Origin: a virus
Lineage: Duplodnaviria > Caudoviricetes
DNA: 64,000 nt
Reading direction: 5' to 3' (one strand)
IMG/VR virus record: IMGVR_UViG_3300027924_001186
Coordinates: 14,574-78,573 of that record
This document shows positions 1-8,795 of this stretch, one piece after another. The position numbers and the translations under genes were made by a program. The notes beneath the pieces are model-generated. The model was not told where the DNA came from, did not search any database, and saw only the letters and a program-made list of their open reading frames with translations. The stretch's first letter is position 1, and every line of letters starts with the position of its first letter.

Positions 1-2
1 TC

Positions 3-419
3 GATCTCGGAACTCATATTCGAAGAGAGGGGAATGTGGTGGGCTGGCTTCGCAAAGAGCCGCACCAAATCATCGCCATTCCCGTAAAGCCATCATTCCA
101 TAAAATCGAGAATCAAAACCAGAAGAAGAAGATACTTCCTAAGGTGAGGAGGCTCTATGGAATCGGTGAGACTGTTCCGGGATTCTATTGCATGGCGGAT
201 ATCAAACTCATCGAAAGATCGCTCAACCAACTCGTCGATTTCATCGAGAAAAATTCTCTGAAAACCGTGTTCATCCCGCTGCTCGGCTGCGGCAACGGCG
301 GGCTTTCGCCGACACGAGATCTGTTCCCGCTCCTCGAGAGGATGGATCTGCCCGATTCGATAGTGCTGGTCGTGCAGACCAAGGATCTGGCTCCCGAGGT
401 CGAAGAGGGGATATTGTAA
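3..419 (+). CDS. Macro (ADP-ribose/Appr-1-p processing) domain protein, 5'-partial
   Basis: Frame open from the window start; IIAIPVK and FIPLLGCGNGGL motifs typical of DarG-like macro domains. Confidence 0.75.
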   Translation, partial: DLGTHIRREGNVVGWLRKEPHQIIAIPVKPSFHKIENQNQKKKILPKVRRLYGIGETVPGFYCMADIKLIERSLNQLVDFIEKNSLKTVFIPLLGCGNGGLSPTRDLFPLLERMDLPDSIVLVVQTKDLAPEVEEGIL

Positions 420-490
420 CATCTGCGCGAAAATATTTTTCCTGAACGGCTTGACATCTTGCGTGCGTGTGCTATACTAAGCACATCAAG
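415..490 (+). promoter_or_regulatory. Sigma70-type early promoter, copy 1
   Basis: TTGACA 451-456 and TGcTATACT 470-478; upstream GTAACAT and AAATATTTTT; downstream CATCAAGTA shared with the copies at 4087 and 28664. Confidence 0.85.
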
Positions 491-515
491 TAAGCCAACA
501 ACCCAGGAGACCAAA

Positions 516-932
516 ATGCGAATCCTCAAGTGCTCGTGCTGCGGTGAAGACGTCACCATGCCGTCCTTCAAAAACCGCAAGCCCTACGGGTACACTTGCT
601 TCGCACGCCTGTTCGGCAAGGGCACCAAGCCCGTAGTCTATACCCCCGTCGAAGTCAAGCAGGTTATCCGGCGCTGGGCGGACCTTAAGGATAGCATGAG
701 CCCGGAAGGCTGGGAAATGAAAAAGGATCATTTCACCATTACCTATGTCCACCGGTTTATGACGGTTAAGTCCAAGCCGATGGTCTCTCAATCGGAGTTC
801 GCCATTCAGGATGAAACCGGTGGCTTCTGGATTCCTAAAGACGAGCTGAAAAAAGCTCTGTTCAACTGCCGTGCCAAGCTCGGCATATCCGCCGAAACTG
901 CACGAGCCGAATTTAAGGCGATTGGAATTTAA
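516..932 (+). CDS. Hypothetical early protein (N-terminal CSCC...YGYTC, possibly zinc-binding)
   Basis: GGAG SD before ATG 516, downstream of the early promoter. Confidence 0.7.
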   Translation: MRILKCSCCGEDVTMPSFKNRKPYGYTCFARLFGKGTKPVVYTPVEVKQVIRRWADLKDSMSPEGWEMKKDHFTITYVHRFMTVKSKPMVSQSEFAIQDETGGFWIPKDELKKALFNCRAKLGISAETARAEFKAIGI

Positions 933-942
933 GGTGACTGTG

Positions 943-1209
943 ATGAAACTGAATCAACTGCGTGAAGTGCTGGGTATCCATGATCCCGAAGCCCTTACCA
1001 AGTACCGTGGAGTTTATACTTACCGGGTCGGATTCTTCTACACCTTCGGGTGCGATCACCGTAAAGTACGAGATGACCTGGTTGCTGCCTTCAACAAGGC
1101 TAATATCGATGCGGTAATCCTTGACAGCGGCGAGCAGTGGAAACCGTTCCGTGGTGGGGATACCCTGAAGCAGGGGTCGCACTGGTGGGTCAAGTTCCAG
1201 ATTCTGTGA
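943..1209 (+). CDS. Hypothetical protein
   Basis: ORF in the early operon; AAGGTG SD-like sequence. Confidence 0.65.
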   Translation: MKLNQLREVLGIHDPEALTKYRGVYTYRVGFFYTFGCDHRKVRDDLVAAFNKANIDAVILDSGEQWKPFRGGDTLKQGSHWWVKFQIL

Positions 1210-1218
1210 GGTGGTAAA

Positions 1219-1443
1219 ATGGTCGGTTATACTCTGAAGATGGTTGATGGTATTCTCGCTGTCGTGGGTAACAACGGGCAGGTGCTACCGCTGGAACTGC
1301 TCGACAAGCACCGGATGGTCTCGAACCGTAATCAGATCGGGCGCCGGTACTGGAACGAGAAGTGGCGCGATTGGTCCTACGAGGTGCTGAATGTCGAGCC
1401 CGGGGTCGACGTAACCGGTTTTATCGATGAGAATGGTGGCTGA
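1219..1443 (+). CDS. Hypothetical protein
   Basis: GAGGTGG SD; tightly packed ORF. Confidence 0.65.
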   Translation: MVGYTLKMVDGILAVVGNNGQVLPLELLDKHRMVSNRNQIGRRYWNEKWRDWSYEVLNVEPGVDVTGFIDENGG

Positions 1444-1444
1444 A

Positions 1445-1675
1445 ATGATGTCGCTCACTCTAAGACACGGAAACGACGAATCCGTCATTAACGATGTGGC
1501 GTCGAGTATCGAAACGATTTGCGATGAAACCGGATGCCGTATGGGGTGGGGCGACCCCACTCCCGAAACGATTTCTTGGAACTTCTTTACTCGAGATGCA
1601 CGCCATGAAGAGTGTGCTCGTTCGATGCTAATGGACTTGGTGCACGATTATCCCTACTGCGTGACGGTGAACTGA
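1445..1675 (+). CDS. Hypothetical protein
   Basis: Packed ORF following the previous stop codon. Confidence 0.55.
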   Translation: MMSLTLRHGNDESVINDVASSIETICDETGCRMGWGDPTPETISWNFFTRDARHEECARSMLMDLVHDYPYCVTVN

Positions 1676-1677
1676 TT

Positions 1678-2940
1678 ATGTTAACTCATTTCAAAATGAA
1701 TACTGCACTTTCGCAACGAATTTGCGATGTTGAGTTTTACCAAATGCCGTTAGGACGATTGGTAGACTCTGTCTTAAGCACAGACACTGAATTTGCTAAT
1801 CTTATGGATGAATTGCCGAGTTGGTCTAAGACGGTGGCTTTCCCAGCTAAAGCAAAGGGGTTTTATACTCAGATGCTATCAGCAGTCTTGCTCGGTAAGG
1901 GCAACTTTCCCGAACTAAACTTCTCATATCAAACCGCTTTACGACCGAAGAATACTCAGACTCGTCGAGTGATAATGATGTTCCTCCCTGGTTCGTCCAC
2001 TATCGAAAATATCCGCACCTTAGGCGAGTATGCTAACGAGACCGTCGGAACGGGATGGGAGATCGTGGTATTGACCGGAGAAACCACTAGCAACGCCGAA
2101 GCCGAAAAGCACGTCAAAAGAATCCTAAAAGAACATAAGAATCGTAATGTCTTAATCCTGAGCAGGGGTATGGCACAGAGGTCGTTTTCGATTCCCGAAA
2201 TCACCGAACTCTACCTGGCTTACGATAACGGCGAAGCGGGTTGTACATTGCAGAAGATGAGCAGGGCGCTCACACCGTATTTCGACGGTCGATTCAAAGT
2301 CGGTCAAATCGTGTCGCTATCCTTCGACCCCAATCGTAGTGATATCTTCGATGCCGCTATGCTTGTCACGGCAGTCAATATCGCCAAAAAGAAAAAGATA
2401 TCGATGAAGAAGGCTCTGGAAACGGTGTTGCATACCATCGACATCTTTTACTGCACGCCCGACAACATCATTCGATTCGACACCGATAAATACCTAAATG
2501 AGATGATTGCTCGAAAGAGTGTTGATAGGGTGATCGGCAAGGTGTTCGATATGAGTGTTTTAACCGAAGCCGATATCGTTCGATTGGCAGCAGGTGAGAA
2601 AGAGTACACCAAGCTCACCAAGACTCAGGCTACTCTTAAAGGAAAAACCAGAAATCAGTCACCAACTATCATGCCTCGTAGTCAGATCGGAAAGCCGATC
2701 ACCGAAAAGCAAATCGAGGAAGCCCGCAAGGCTCTAGTGGTTTTATCCGAAAATATCGATATAATCATCTACGGCACCCGCTCTAAAACCTTGAAAGATG
2801 CCTTCGGGGTATTGGATAAATCGGTAATCATGCAGCAAGCCGTCGAAGAGCAATTCAATATGAAATACGATTTCATCCGCCACCTATTCACTTGCGGTGG
2901 AATCAGCGATCAAGTCATTAGTCTAAAGTTCGACCGATAA
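1678..2940 (+). CDS. SF2 helicase C-terminal-half-like protein (restriction Res-subunit-like)
   Basis: ILSRGMAQRSFSIPEI and LQKMSRALTP resemble helicase motifs V/VI; no Walker A/B in this ORF. Confidence 0.55.
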   Translation: MLTHFKMNTALSQRICDVEFYQMPLGRLVDSVLSTDTEFANLMDELPSWSKTVAFPAKAKGFYTQMLSAVLLGKGNFPELNFSYQTALRPKNTQTRRVIMMFLPGSSTIENIRTLGEYANETVGTGWEIVVLTGETTSNAEAEKHVKRILKEHKNRNVLILSRGMAQRSFSIPEITELYLAYDNGEAGCTLQKMSRALTPYFDGRFKVGQIVSLSFDPNRSDIFDAAMLVTAVNIAKKKKISMKKALETVLHTIDIFYCTPDNIIRFDTDKYLNEMIARKSVDRVIGKVFDMSVLTEADIVRLAAGEKEYTKLTKTQATLKGKTRNQSPTIMPRSQIGKPITEKQIEEARKALVVLSENIDIIIYGTRSKTLKDAFGVLDKSVIMQQAVEEQFNMKYDFIRHLFTCGGISDQVISLKFDR

Positions 2941-2951
2941 AGGATACTGCG

Positions 2952-4055
2952 ATGTTAGCACGTTTGAAGTTCGAAATTTCGGGGTTGGTTAAAGAGATGC
3001 TGGATCAGGTTGATCAGTCTGTCTTTCAATCATCCGATAGCACCTTCTTGGATCCTACTATGGGTGGTGGACAGTTTATCTTTGAAACTATCAAGCGGCT
3101 AAAAGATCAAGGTCATTCTAATGCTAATATCAAGTCTCGTGTCTTTGGGTATGAATCAAACATACTCTATGTCAACTATGTCAAGGAACTCTATTTCCGC
3201 TTGTTCGGTGAAGAGATTCCTGCGACTTTGCTGGTCGGTGGACTCGATGAGTTGGAGGCTTTGATGAAACGATTCGACCTAGTGATGGGTAATCCGCCTT
3301 ATCAGGAAAATACTGATTCCGATAAAGGTAACAAACAAGGTAGTTTCTGGATGAAATTTGTTTTGAAAGGGTTTAGTCTTCTGAAAGAAGATGGAAAGGT
3401 GATTATGATACACCCTATCACTTGGACTGGTGTTGGTTCTTATGGGACAAAGTCATTCAAATTGGATCTTTTCAAACAGATGAATCCGTCGGTTCTCAAT
3501 TTTACTTGCTCGAATTACTTTGATGTTGGTATTGATATTGGTTATTCTATTCTAAATAAATCAATGATATCCGAAACACTCATCGAAACACAAGATGATT
3601 CATTGTCCGTAAACTTGCAAGATATAAAAGTTCTACCATTTCTCGTATCCCGAAAAAATATCTCGATTGTCAATAAGATCATTGATAAGAATAATGGTAA
3701 ATTGTATCCCTTTTCCGAAGGAGATGGTAAAAATTGTGGTCTAAAAAAAGTATACATTCTAAAAGCCCGATTTACCGATAAAATCTATATCGACGAAACT
3801 GGTTCCACAAAAGATACTTGGAAGTGTTCGATGCCATTGAGCGATACTATGATTGGCGCTCATTCGGTGTTTCAGTCTAAGTTGGTGAACTATTTTTTCA
3901 CCATTATGGGTGGTAAGTCTGGACTATCTCAAACGGGTATTCTTCAGAATCTACCGAATGTAGACCTAACCCGCACCTGGACCGATCAAGAACTCTATAC
4001 TCACTTCAACCTAACGGATGAAGAGATTGAGTATATCGAGGAGCAGATGAAGTAA
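2952..4055 (+). CDS. Amino-methyltransferase, Eco57I/type IIG-like (N6-adenine or N4-cytosine)
   Basis: Motif I FLDPTMGGGQF; motif IV VMGNPPY; C-terminal LTDEEIEYIE tail common in this family. Confidence 0.85.
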   Translation: MLARLKFEISGLVKEMLDQVDQSVFQSSDSTFLDPTMGGGQFIFETIKRLKDQGHSNANIKSRVFGYESNILYVNYVKELYFRLFGEEIPATLLVGGLDELEALMKRFDLVMGNPPYQENTDSDKGNKQGSFWMKFVLKGFSLLKEDGKVIMIHPITWTGVGSYGTKSFKLDLFKQMNPSVLNFTCSNYFDVGIDIGYSILNKSMISETLIETQDDSLSVNLQDIKVLPFLVSRKNISIVNKIIDKNNGKLYPFSEGDGKNCGLKKVYILKARFTDKIYIDETGSTKDTWKCSMPLSDTMIGAHSVFQSKLVNYFFTIMGGKSGLSQTGILQNLPNVDLTRTWTDQELYTHFNLTDEEIEYIEEQMK

Positions 4056-4130
4056 CATTGCTGTTAAAATATTTTTTTCGGAAGGCTTGACTTTCCGAAA
4101 AAGAAATGTTATACTATACGCATCAAGTAA
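4053..4130 (+). promoter_or_regulatory. Sigma70-type early promoter, copy 2
   Basis: TTGACT 4087-4092, 17-nt spacer, TATACT 4110-4115; GTAACAT, AAATATTTTT and CATCAAGTA shared with the other copies. Confidence 0.85.
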
Positions 4131-4155
4131 GCCAAACCGACCGGAGTAAATCGAG

Positions 4156-5130
4156 ATGCCGCACTCTATCACTTACCTTTGGCAAGATCTTGAATCAAAT
4201 GAACTACAGGTTAAATTCGGAGAGCACTTTGCCAAAGGTAATCTCGATGCCGAAGGAATCGAGGCTGCCGCTCGGTCTCGAATCCGTGAGGACTTAGGTA
4301 CCAGCAGATATAAGATAGATACCGGGCAAGTCATAGTCCATAAAGTGTGGGATGTTAGCGATTATGCGCGCTTTCACGGTAAGTTCAAACCTCATGCCCA
4401 TATAGATGATCATATCAGAAACGAGTGTTTGCACGGTAATATCAAAGGGACTGAATGGCATCGAATGAGTCCTGAGGATGCCATCTACGAAGTCTCCAAA
4501 GAGCTGGATAAAATTAGCGGCAGTCATCGTCGCGAAGTAGAACTCACTCCATGGCAGTATGATGGGGTCGTAGAACTCCTCGAAGCCGCGAAGAAACCTA
4601 ATGCGGTTATTCTTGCCGATTGGGCGGCTCGATTTGGAAAAACCATTACGATGATGGCGACTTTCAAAGAAAGTGATCATCGAATTTTAGTGGTCTCCTC
4701 TTATGTCAAAACCGTTCTCCAATCCTTTAAGAAGGAGATAGGGTGTTGGACGCAATTCGCCGATATGGTATTCGTAGATAGCGGCGAAAAGGGGTATGAG
4801 AATGAGATCGCTAAAGCCTTATCTGAGGGAAAGAGGGTTGTCGTTTATCTTAGCCTTTGCAAGGGTTCGTTAAGGCAGGAAAGAATCGATACTATTTTCC
4901 ATCCGAAACTACCGGTCATGCTGGTAATCGATGAAGCGGATTACGGTAGCCACAAGCCTGCTCAAGTCGGCCCACTCAAAGCAGCGGTTGCCAAGAATAA
5001 GAAAAACCTAGTGGTGATCATGACTGGGACGAACGCTGACCGCGCAGCCTCTTCGTGGAGAGTCACTCATTACTCGTGCGTGACTTACCCTGAGATGATT
5101 CTCTGCAAGCGCGAAAACATTATTAAATAA
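4156..5130 (+). CDS. DEAD/DEAH-like helicase N-terminal half with a possible GIY-YIG-like N-terminal domain
   Basis: Walker A AARFGKT, motif II DEADYG, motif III MTGT; the ORF ends before any helicase C domain. Confidence 0.75.
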   Translation: MPHSITYLWQDLESNELQVKFGEHFAKGNLDAEGIEAAARSRIREDLGTSRYKIDTGQVIVHKVWDVSDYARFHGKFKPHAHIDDHIRNECLHGNIKGTEWHRMSPEDAIYEVSKELDKISGSHRREVELTPWQYDGVVELLEAAKKPNAVILADWAARFGKTITMMATFKESDHRILVVSSYVKTVLQSFKKEIGCWTQFADMVFVDSGEKGYENEIAKALSEGKRVVVYLSLCKGSLRQERIDTIFHPKLPVMLVIDEADYGSHKPAQVGPLKAAVAKNKKNLVVIMTGTNADRAASSWRVTHYSCVTYPEMILCKRENIIK

Positions 5131-5157
5131 AAGGAAACACCGGCCGAGGGAAACCAT

Positions 5158-5610
5158 ATGAAAAAAGCTAAAGACCAAGCCCGTACAGCATCGAACCAGA
5201 TCACCTTAGAACGCCAAAAACAGACGGGGGAGGTTTTCACGCCTGCCGAGCTGATAAATAATATGCTAGATCAAGTAGATACGACGCTATTCCAACCCGG
5301 CAAGACCTTCCTGGAGCCCGCAGCCGGCGACGGTAATATGGTCTTCGAATACCTAAAGCGCAAGCTAGAGCACGGTTGCACTCCGACAGAAGCCCTGCAA
5401 GACACCTTTGCTGTCGAGTATATGAAGGACAATCTCGAAGCTATGCGTAATCGCGTTCTAGAGCTCTGCGGTAGAACACCCGAACATGAAGCTATCGTAA
5501 ACGAGCAGATAGTTCATGCGAACTTTCTGGATCAATTCGATACTGTCGATGGGCGCAAATACCCCGTTTGGCTTAAAAGTCAGATGTCAATTGAAGACTT
5601 CTTTGTATGA
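5158..5610 (+). CDS. Short DNA methyltransferase-like protein (SAM-binding part only)
   Basis: GEVFTP and FLEPAAGDGNM motif I; no NPPY/DPPY motif. Confidence 0.7.
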   Translation: MKKAKDQARTASNQITLERQKQTGEVFTPAELINNMLDQVDTTLFQPGKTFLEPAAGDGNMVFEYLKRKLEHGCTPTEALQDTFAVEYMKDNLEAMRNRVLELCGRTPEHEAIVNEQIVHANFLDQFDTVDGRKYPVWLKSQMSIEDFFV

Positions 5611-5619
5611 GGTGGTAAA

Positions 5620-6090
5620 ATGATTAGATATGACTGGAACGCTGTAGATATTGCTGTTCGTCTTGGGATCTACGTCCAGATTCAGCGCGAACTCGCTATG
5701 AACGAAGAGGAACTCGTAACCATTGTCGGTATTCAACGTGGTGGGTTGATTCCGGCTGTCATGTTAAGCCATCTATTCAACGTCGAGATGAAGCCGCTGA
5801 GATGGCAAACTCGTGATCAGGCTAGGTATACCGACCCGGATTCTCTTTGTCGTATTCTATACGGTTGCAAGCCGGGCCAAGCTATCCTCATCGTCGATGA
5901 TATTGCCGATTCCGGTAAGACATTCAATGATATTAACAGATTTGTTGGCTTTTGCGATGCCATCAATCCGGGAAGCATCTACTATGCTGCTCTGATCAAG
6001 AGGAGCACACATCAATTGGATATGCCGATCCTTTCACATCGTTTTCTCGACTCGGATGAATGGGTCCACTTTCCCTGGGAATCCGATTAA
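5620..6090 (+). CDS. Type I purine phosphoribosyltransferase (Gpt/Hpt-like)
   Basis: IVGIQRGGLIPAVMLSH, PRPP loop ILIVDDIADSGKT, WVHFPWE tail. Confidence 0.85.
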   Translation: MIRYDWNAVDIAVRLGIYVQIQRELAMNEEELVTIVGIQRGGLIPAVMLSHLFNVEMKPLRWQTRDQARYTDPDSLCRILYGCKPGQAILIVDDIADSGKTFNDINRFVGFCDAINPGSIYYAALIKRSTHQLDMPILSHRFLDSDEWVHFPWESD

Positions 6091-6214
6091 TCGTTGTACA
6101 TTCCTTTTGTTGTAAAACAATCTTGTTTTTTAATGGCCCAAGAAAGTTTCTTCGATATGCTTATTCTATGTTTTGTTTCTTCGGACATCGGCATACCGTT
6201 TATTATTCGACGGT

Positions 6215-6771
6215 TTACCGTCTCTTTGCGTCGCTCATTTTCTTTTTAGTTTCTTCTGAATGTTTACGATTTTTACTGGAAATCCCGATCTTTCTTTTAG
6301 TTTCTTCTGAATGGGGGTAGTATGTTTTGCCTCTTCGTGGAGATGGTCTTCCTTTTCTCAATAGGCTCATTTTCTTTTTAGTTTCTTCTGAATGGGGGTG
6401 TCCTTTACCCTTTTTCGATTCGCTTATTCGTTTTTTAGTTTCTTCTGAATGTGGTGTTTGAAATAGATATGGAAGAAGGTGATCGGTTTGATTTAACCAT
6501 TTCTTGTTTTTAACAACCGCCATTCTTCGAAGAACTTTAAGTTCCCATTCTCTGGCTTGAAGTGAATCATTGAAAGTTTGGCGGACTTGGATTATATCAG
6601 GCTCTCCGTGCTCTTCTCGAAAAGCTTTAACCTTCTTTGATGAGGTGAAATAAGAAGACCATAGATCATCCGGATGACAGTTACGAGCATAACGGACGCC
6701 GATAGTACCAAGTGTTTAGATGGCTCCAACCGAATCAAATAGGTAAAAGGGGTATAAGTATTTTTAGGCAT
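6215..6771 (-). CDS. Free-standing homing endonuclease A (GIY-YIG-like N-terminus plus NUMOD3 repeats), two apparent +1 frameshifts
   Basis: MPKNTYTPFTYLI/GWSHLNTWYY/GVRYARNCHPDDLWSSYFTSS; removing the extra G at 6732 and 6701 joins ATG 6771 to ORF 6215-6523 (HSEETKKKIS repeats). Confidence 0.8.
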
Positions 6772-6846
6772 GATAGCCTCCCAGAAAGGTTATTGTGATT
6801 AGGGTATAGAGATGATTCGTAGTCATCTCTATACCCGTTATTTATA
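6754..6846 (+). repeat. HEG leader element, copy A (double hairpin plus late-promoter box)
   Basis: CATGATAGCCT-CC-N5-AGGTTATTGTG-ATTAG; 14-bp hairpin 6802-6836; TATTTATA 6839-6846. Confidence 0.9.
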
Positions 6847-6880
6847 AATTTACTGTACAGTAAATAATACCGGAGTTGAT

Positions 6881-7270
6881 ATGAAAGTTGAAGTGGTTGG
6901 TTTAGCTCTTTGCCTGTTCGCATCGCCAGCGATGGCTTTGCCGGAGATTGTTATCAATCGAGCCGAGCAGTCTTATACCGTCATCGATAACGGTAAGATA
7001 GTTAAAACCGGAAGAGTTAGTACCGGCAAACCAGGACACTCCACACCAGCAGGGCGCTTTTCCGTCCACGCTAAATATACTAAAGTGCGATCAGCAAAGT
7101 ATAAGGTGATGATGAAATACACCATGCTCTTCAAAGGATCACTCTATGCTATTCACCAGGGAGTGGTTCCCGGATATCCTGCATCGCATGGCTGCGTCCG
7201 TGTTCCGGAAAAAGATGCCCGATATTTGTTTTCATCAATCCCGATTGGATCGATCGTGTCTATTAAATAA
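6881..7270 (+). CDS. L,D-transpeptidase (YkuD family) with signal peptide
   Basis: Hydrophobic signal ending in AMA; VSTGK, TPAG and catalytic SHGCVRV. Confidence 0.9.
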   Translation: MKVEVVGLALCLFASPAMALPEIVINRAEQSYTVIDNGKIVKTGRVSTGKPGHSTPAGRFSVHAKYTKVRSAKYKVMMKYTMLFKGSLYAIHQGVVPGYPASHGCVRVPEKDARYLFSSIPIGSIVSIK

Positions 7271-8184
7271 TGAGGTATACTATGAATGAAACGCCAGAGT
7301 TTCCATCGTTGAAGTTGCTTAAAAGAGGTAAAGTTAGAGATGTTTGGGAAGTCGATGATCAGCATCTTCTTATCTACACCACGGATAGAGTCTCCGTGTT
7401 CGATTCCATTCTTCCAACAATGATTCCTGGTAGAGGGGAGTTGCTGACAACCTCTACCCGCTATTGGTGCGATAAGACCAAATGGATCATCCCCAATCAT
7501 ATCAGCCGAGCCAAGATCACTCTCGATCAAGTTCTACCGAATGCCGACGAGCGTACTAATGCCTGTAAGGCCTGCCAAATCGTCCGCAAGTATAAGCCAC
7601 TACCCATAGAAGCCATCGTACGAGGTTTCTTGTATGGTAATGCCTGGGTCGAGTATTCCGAATACGGCACGATGAATGGCTCCCCGCTCCCTGAAGGAAT
7701 GCAAAAAGCGCAAGCCTTCCGCTACTCGCATTTCACTCCGACGACCAAGGCTCCGGCTGGCGAACACGATCGCCCGATGTCGCAAGAAGAATTCATCGAT
7801 GTCTTGGGGTCTGATTTGGCGGACAAAATCGTTAATCAGTCCATCTTCCTTTATGAGTTTGCTGCTCACCATCTTCTAAAGAAGGGCTACATCTTAGCCG
7901 ATACGAAATTCGAGTTCGCCTTGGATGAGGAGGGCGAATTGGTCTTGATTGATGAGGTGATTACTCCTGATGGTAGTCGAATCTGGAGTAAGGATCTTTA
8001 TCAACCCGGGAAAAATCAACTATCTTACGATAAGGAGATCGTTAGAGAGTACGTCTCATCGTATATCGCGGCTCACGCCAATGAGCCGATCGATGTTTCT
8101 AAAATTCTTCTGCCCGAAGAAGTTGTCACATTGACTTATAATCGTTATCACCAATTCGTCGAATCACTAACTCAGGAGGTGTAA
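7270..8184 (+). CDS. purC: SAICAR synthetase
   Basis: GKVRDVW, TDRVSVFD, PIEAIVRGFLYG, ADTKFEF, DEVITPDGSR, YDKE. Confidence 0.95.
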   Translation: MRYTMNETPEFPSLKLLKRGKVRDVWEVDDQHLLIYTTDRVSVFDSILPTMIPGRGELLTTSTRYWCDKTKWIIPNHISRAKITLDQVLPNADERTNACKACQIVRKYKPLPIEAIVRGFLYGNAWVEYSEYGTMNGSPLPEGMQKAQAFRYSHFTPTTKAPAGEHDRPMSQEEFIDVLGSDLADKIVNQSIFLYEFAAHHLLKKGYILADTKFEFALDEEGELVLIDEVITPDGSRIWSKDLYQPGKNQLSYDKEIVREYVSSYIAAHANEPIDVSKILLPEEVVTLTYNRYHQFVESLTQEV

Positions 8185-8185
8185 T

Positions 8186-8551
8186 ATGAACCCACGTAAA
8201 GCCGCTACCTTGGTTGCCACGCTCGTTGAATATGCTGTTAAAAATGTAAATCTCGCCGTCGATGCTCTGGATCTTCAGAGAGAAGAGTTTGATGACGATG
8301 ACGATTTCTTCGACGGCATTATGACTCACACTGCTGCTGAAACGGACGATTTCATCGTAGATATGGCAACATCGGAACCGTATCTCCCTTCAACTATTGA
8401 TGCTCTTCAGGAGAAGGGGTATCGAGTGGTAGAAGAAGAAGATGATGATGATGATGATGAATCTGAGTGTTGCCCACAAAAAATGGCAGAATGCTTAGTC
8501 CGTTTGCTTGGAAAGAAAGCAGCGGTTATGATGGTTATGGAACAGGAATAA
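8186..8551 (+). CDS. Acidic hypothetical protein
   Basis: GGAGG SD; poly-Asp/Glu tracts. Confidence 0.7.
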   Translation: MNPRKAATLVATLVEYAVKNVNLAVDALDLQREEFDDDDDFFDGIMTHTAAETDDFIVDMATSEPYLPSTIDALQEKGYRVVEEEDDDDDDESECCPQKMAECLVRLLGKKAAVMMVMEQE

Positions 8552-8561
8552 CCTATTAAGA

Positions 8562-8795
8562 ATGGTGGGGGTTATCGTTATGAAAAACATTGATTTTGAT
8601 GGTGATCACATCATGTGGATGGTGGTGGTATCCACGGTAGCCGCCGCCATTCTATGGTTAGCCCTGATTATTAAATCTTACTATTCCGAACAAACCGAGA
8701 TGTTTCTAAAGGCTGGATGCGAGCAATCTTATGTAGCAGGAAGAACAGAACAGATATGGATTAATTGCAAAAAACCGCTGGAGATAGCACAGTGA
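8562..8795 (+). CDS. Small membrane protein
   Basis: One hydrophobic segment (WMVVVSTVAAAILWLALII). Confidence 0.65.
   Translation: MVGVIVMKNIDFDGDHIMWMVVVSTVAAAILWLALIIKSYYSEQTEMFLKAGCEQSYVAGRTEQIWINCKKPLEIAQ

Noticed and set aside
7270-8184. 2-aminoadenine (Z-genome) pathway
   Set aside because: The gene is PurC (SAICAR synthetase), not the PurA-like PurZ; no purZ, datZ or mazZ seen.
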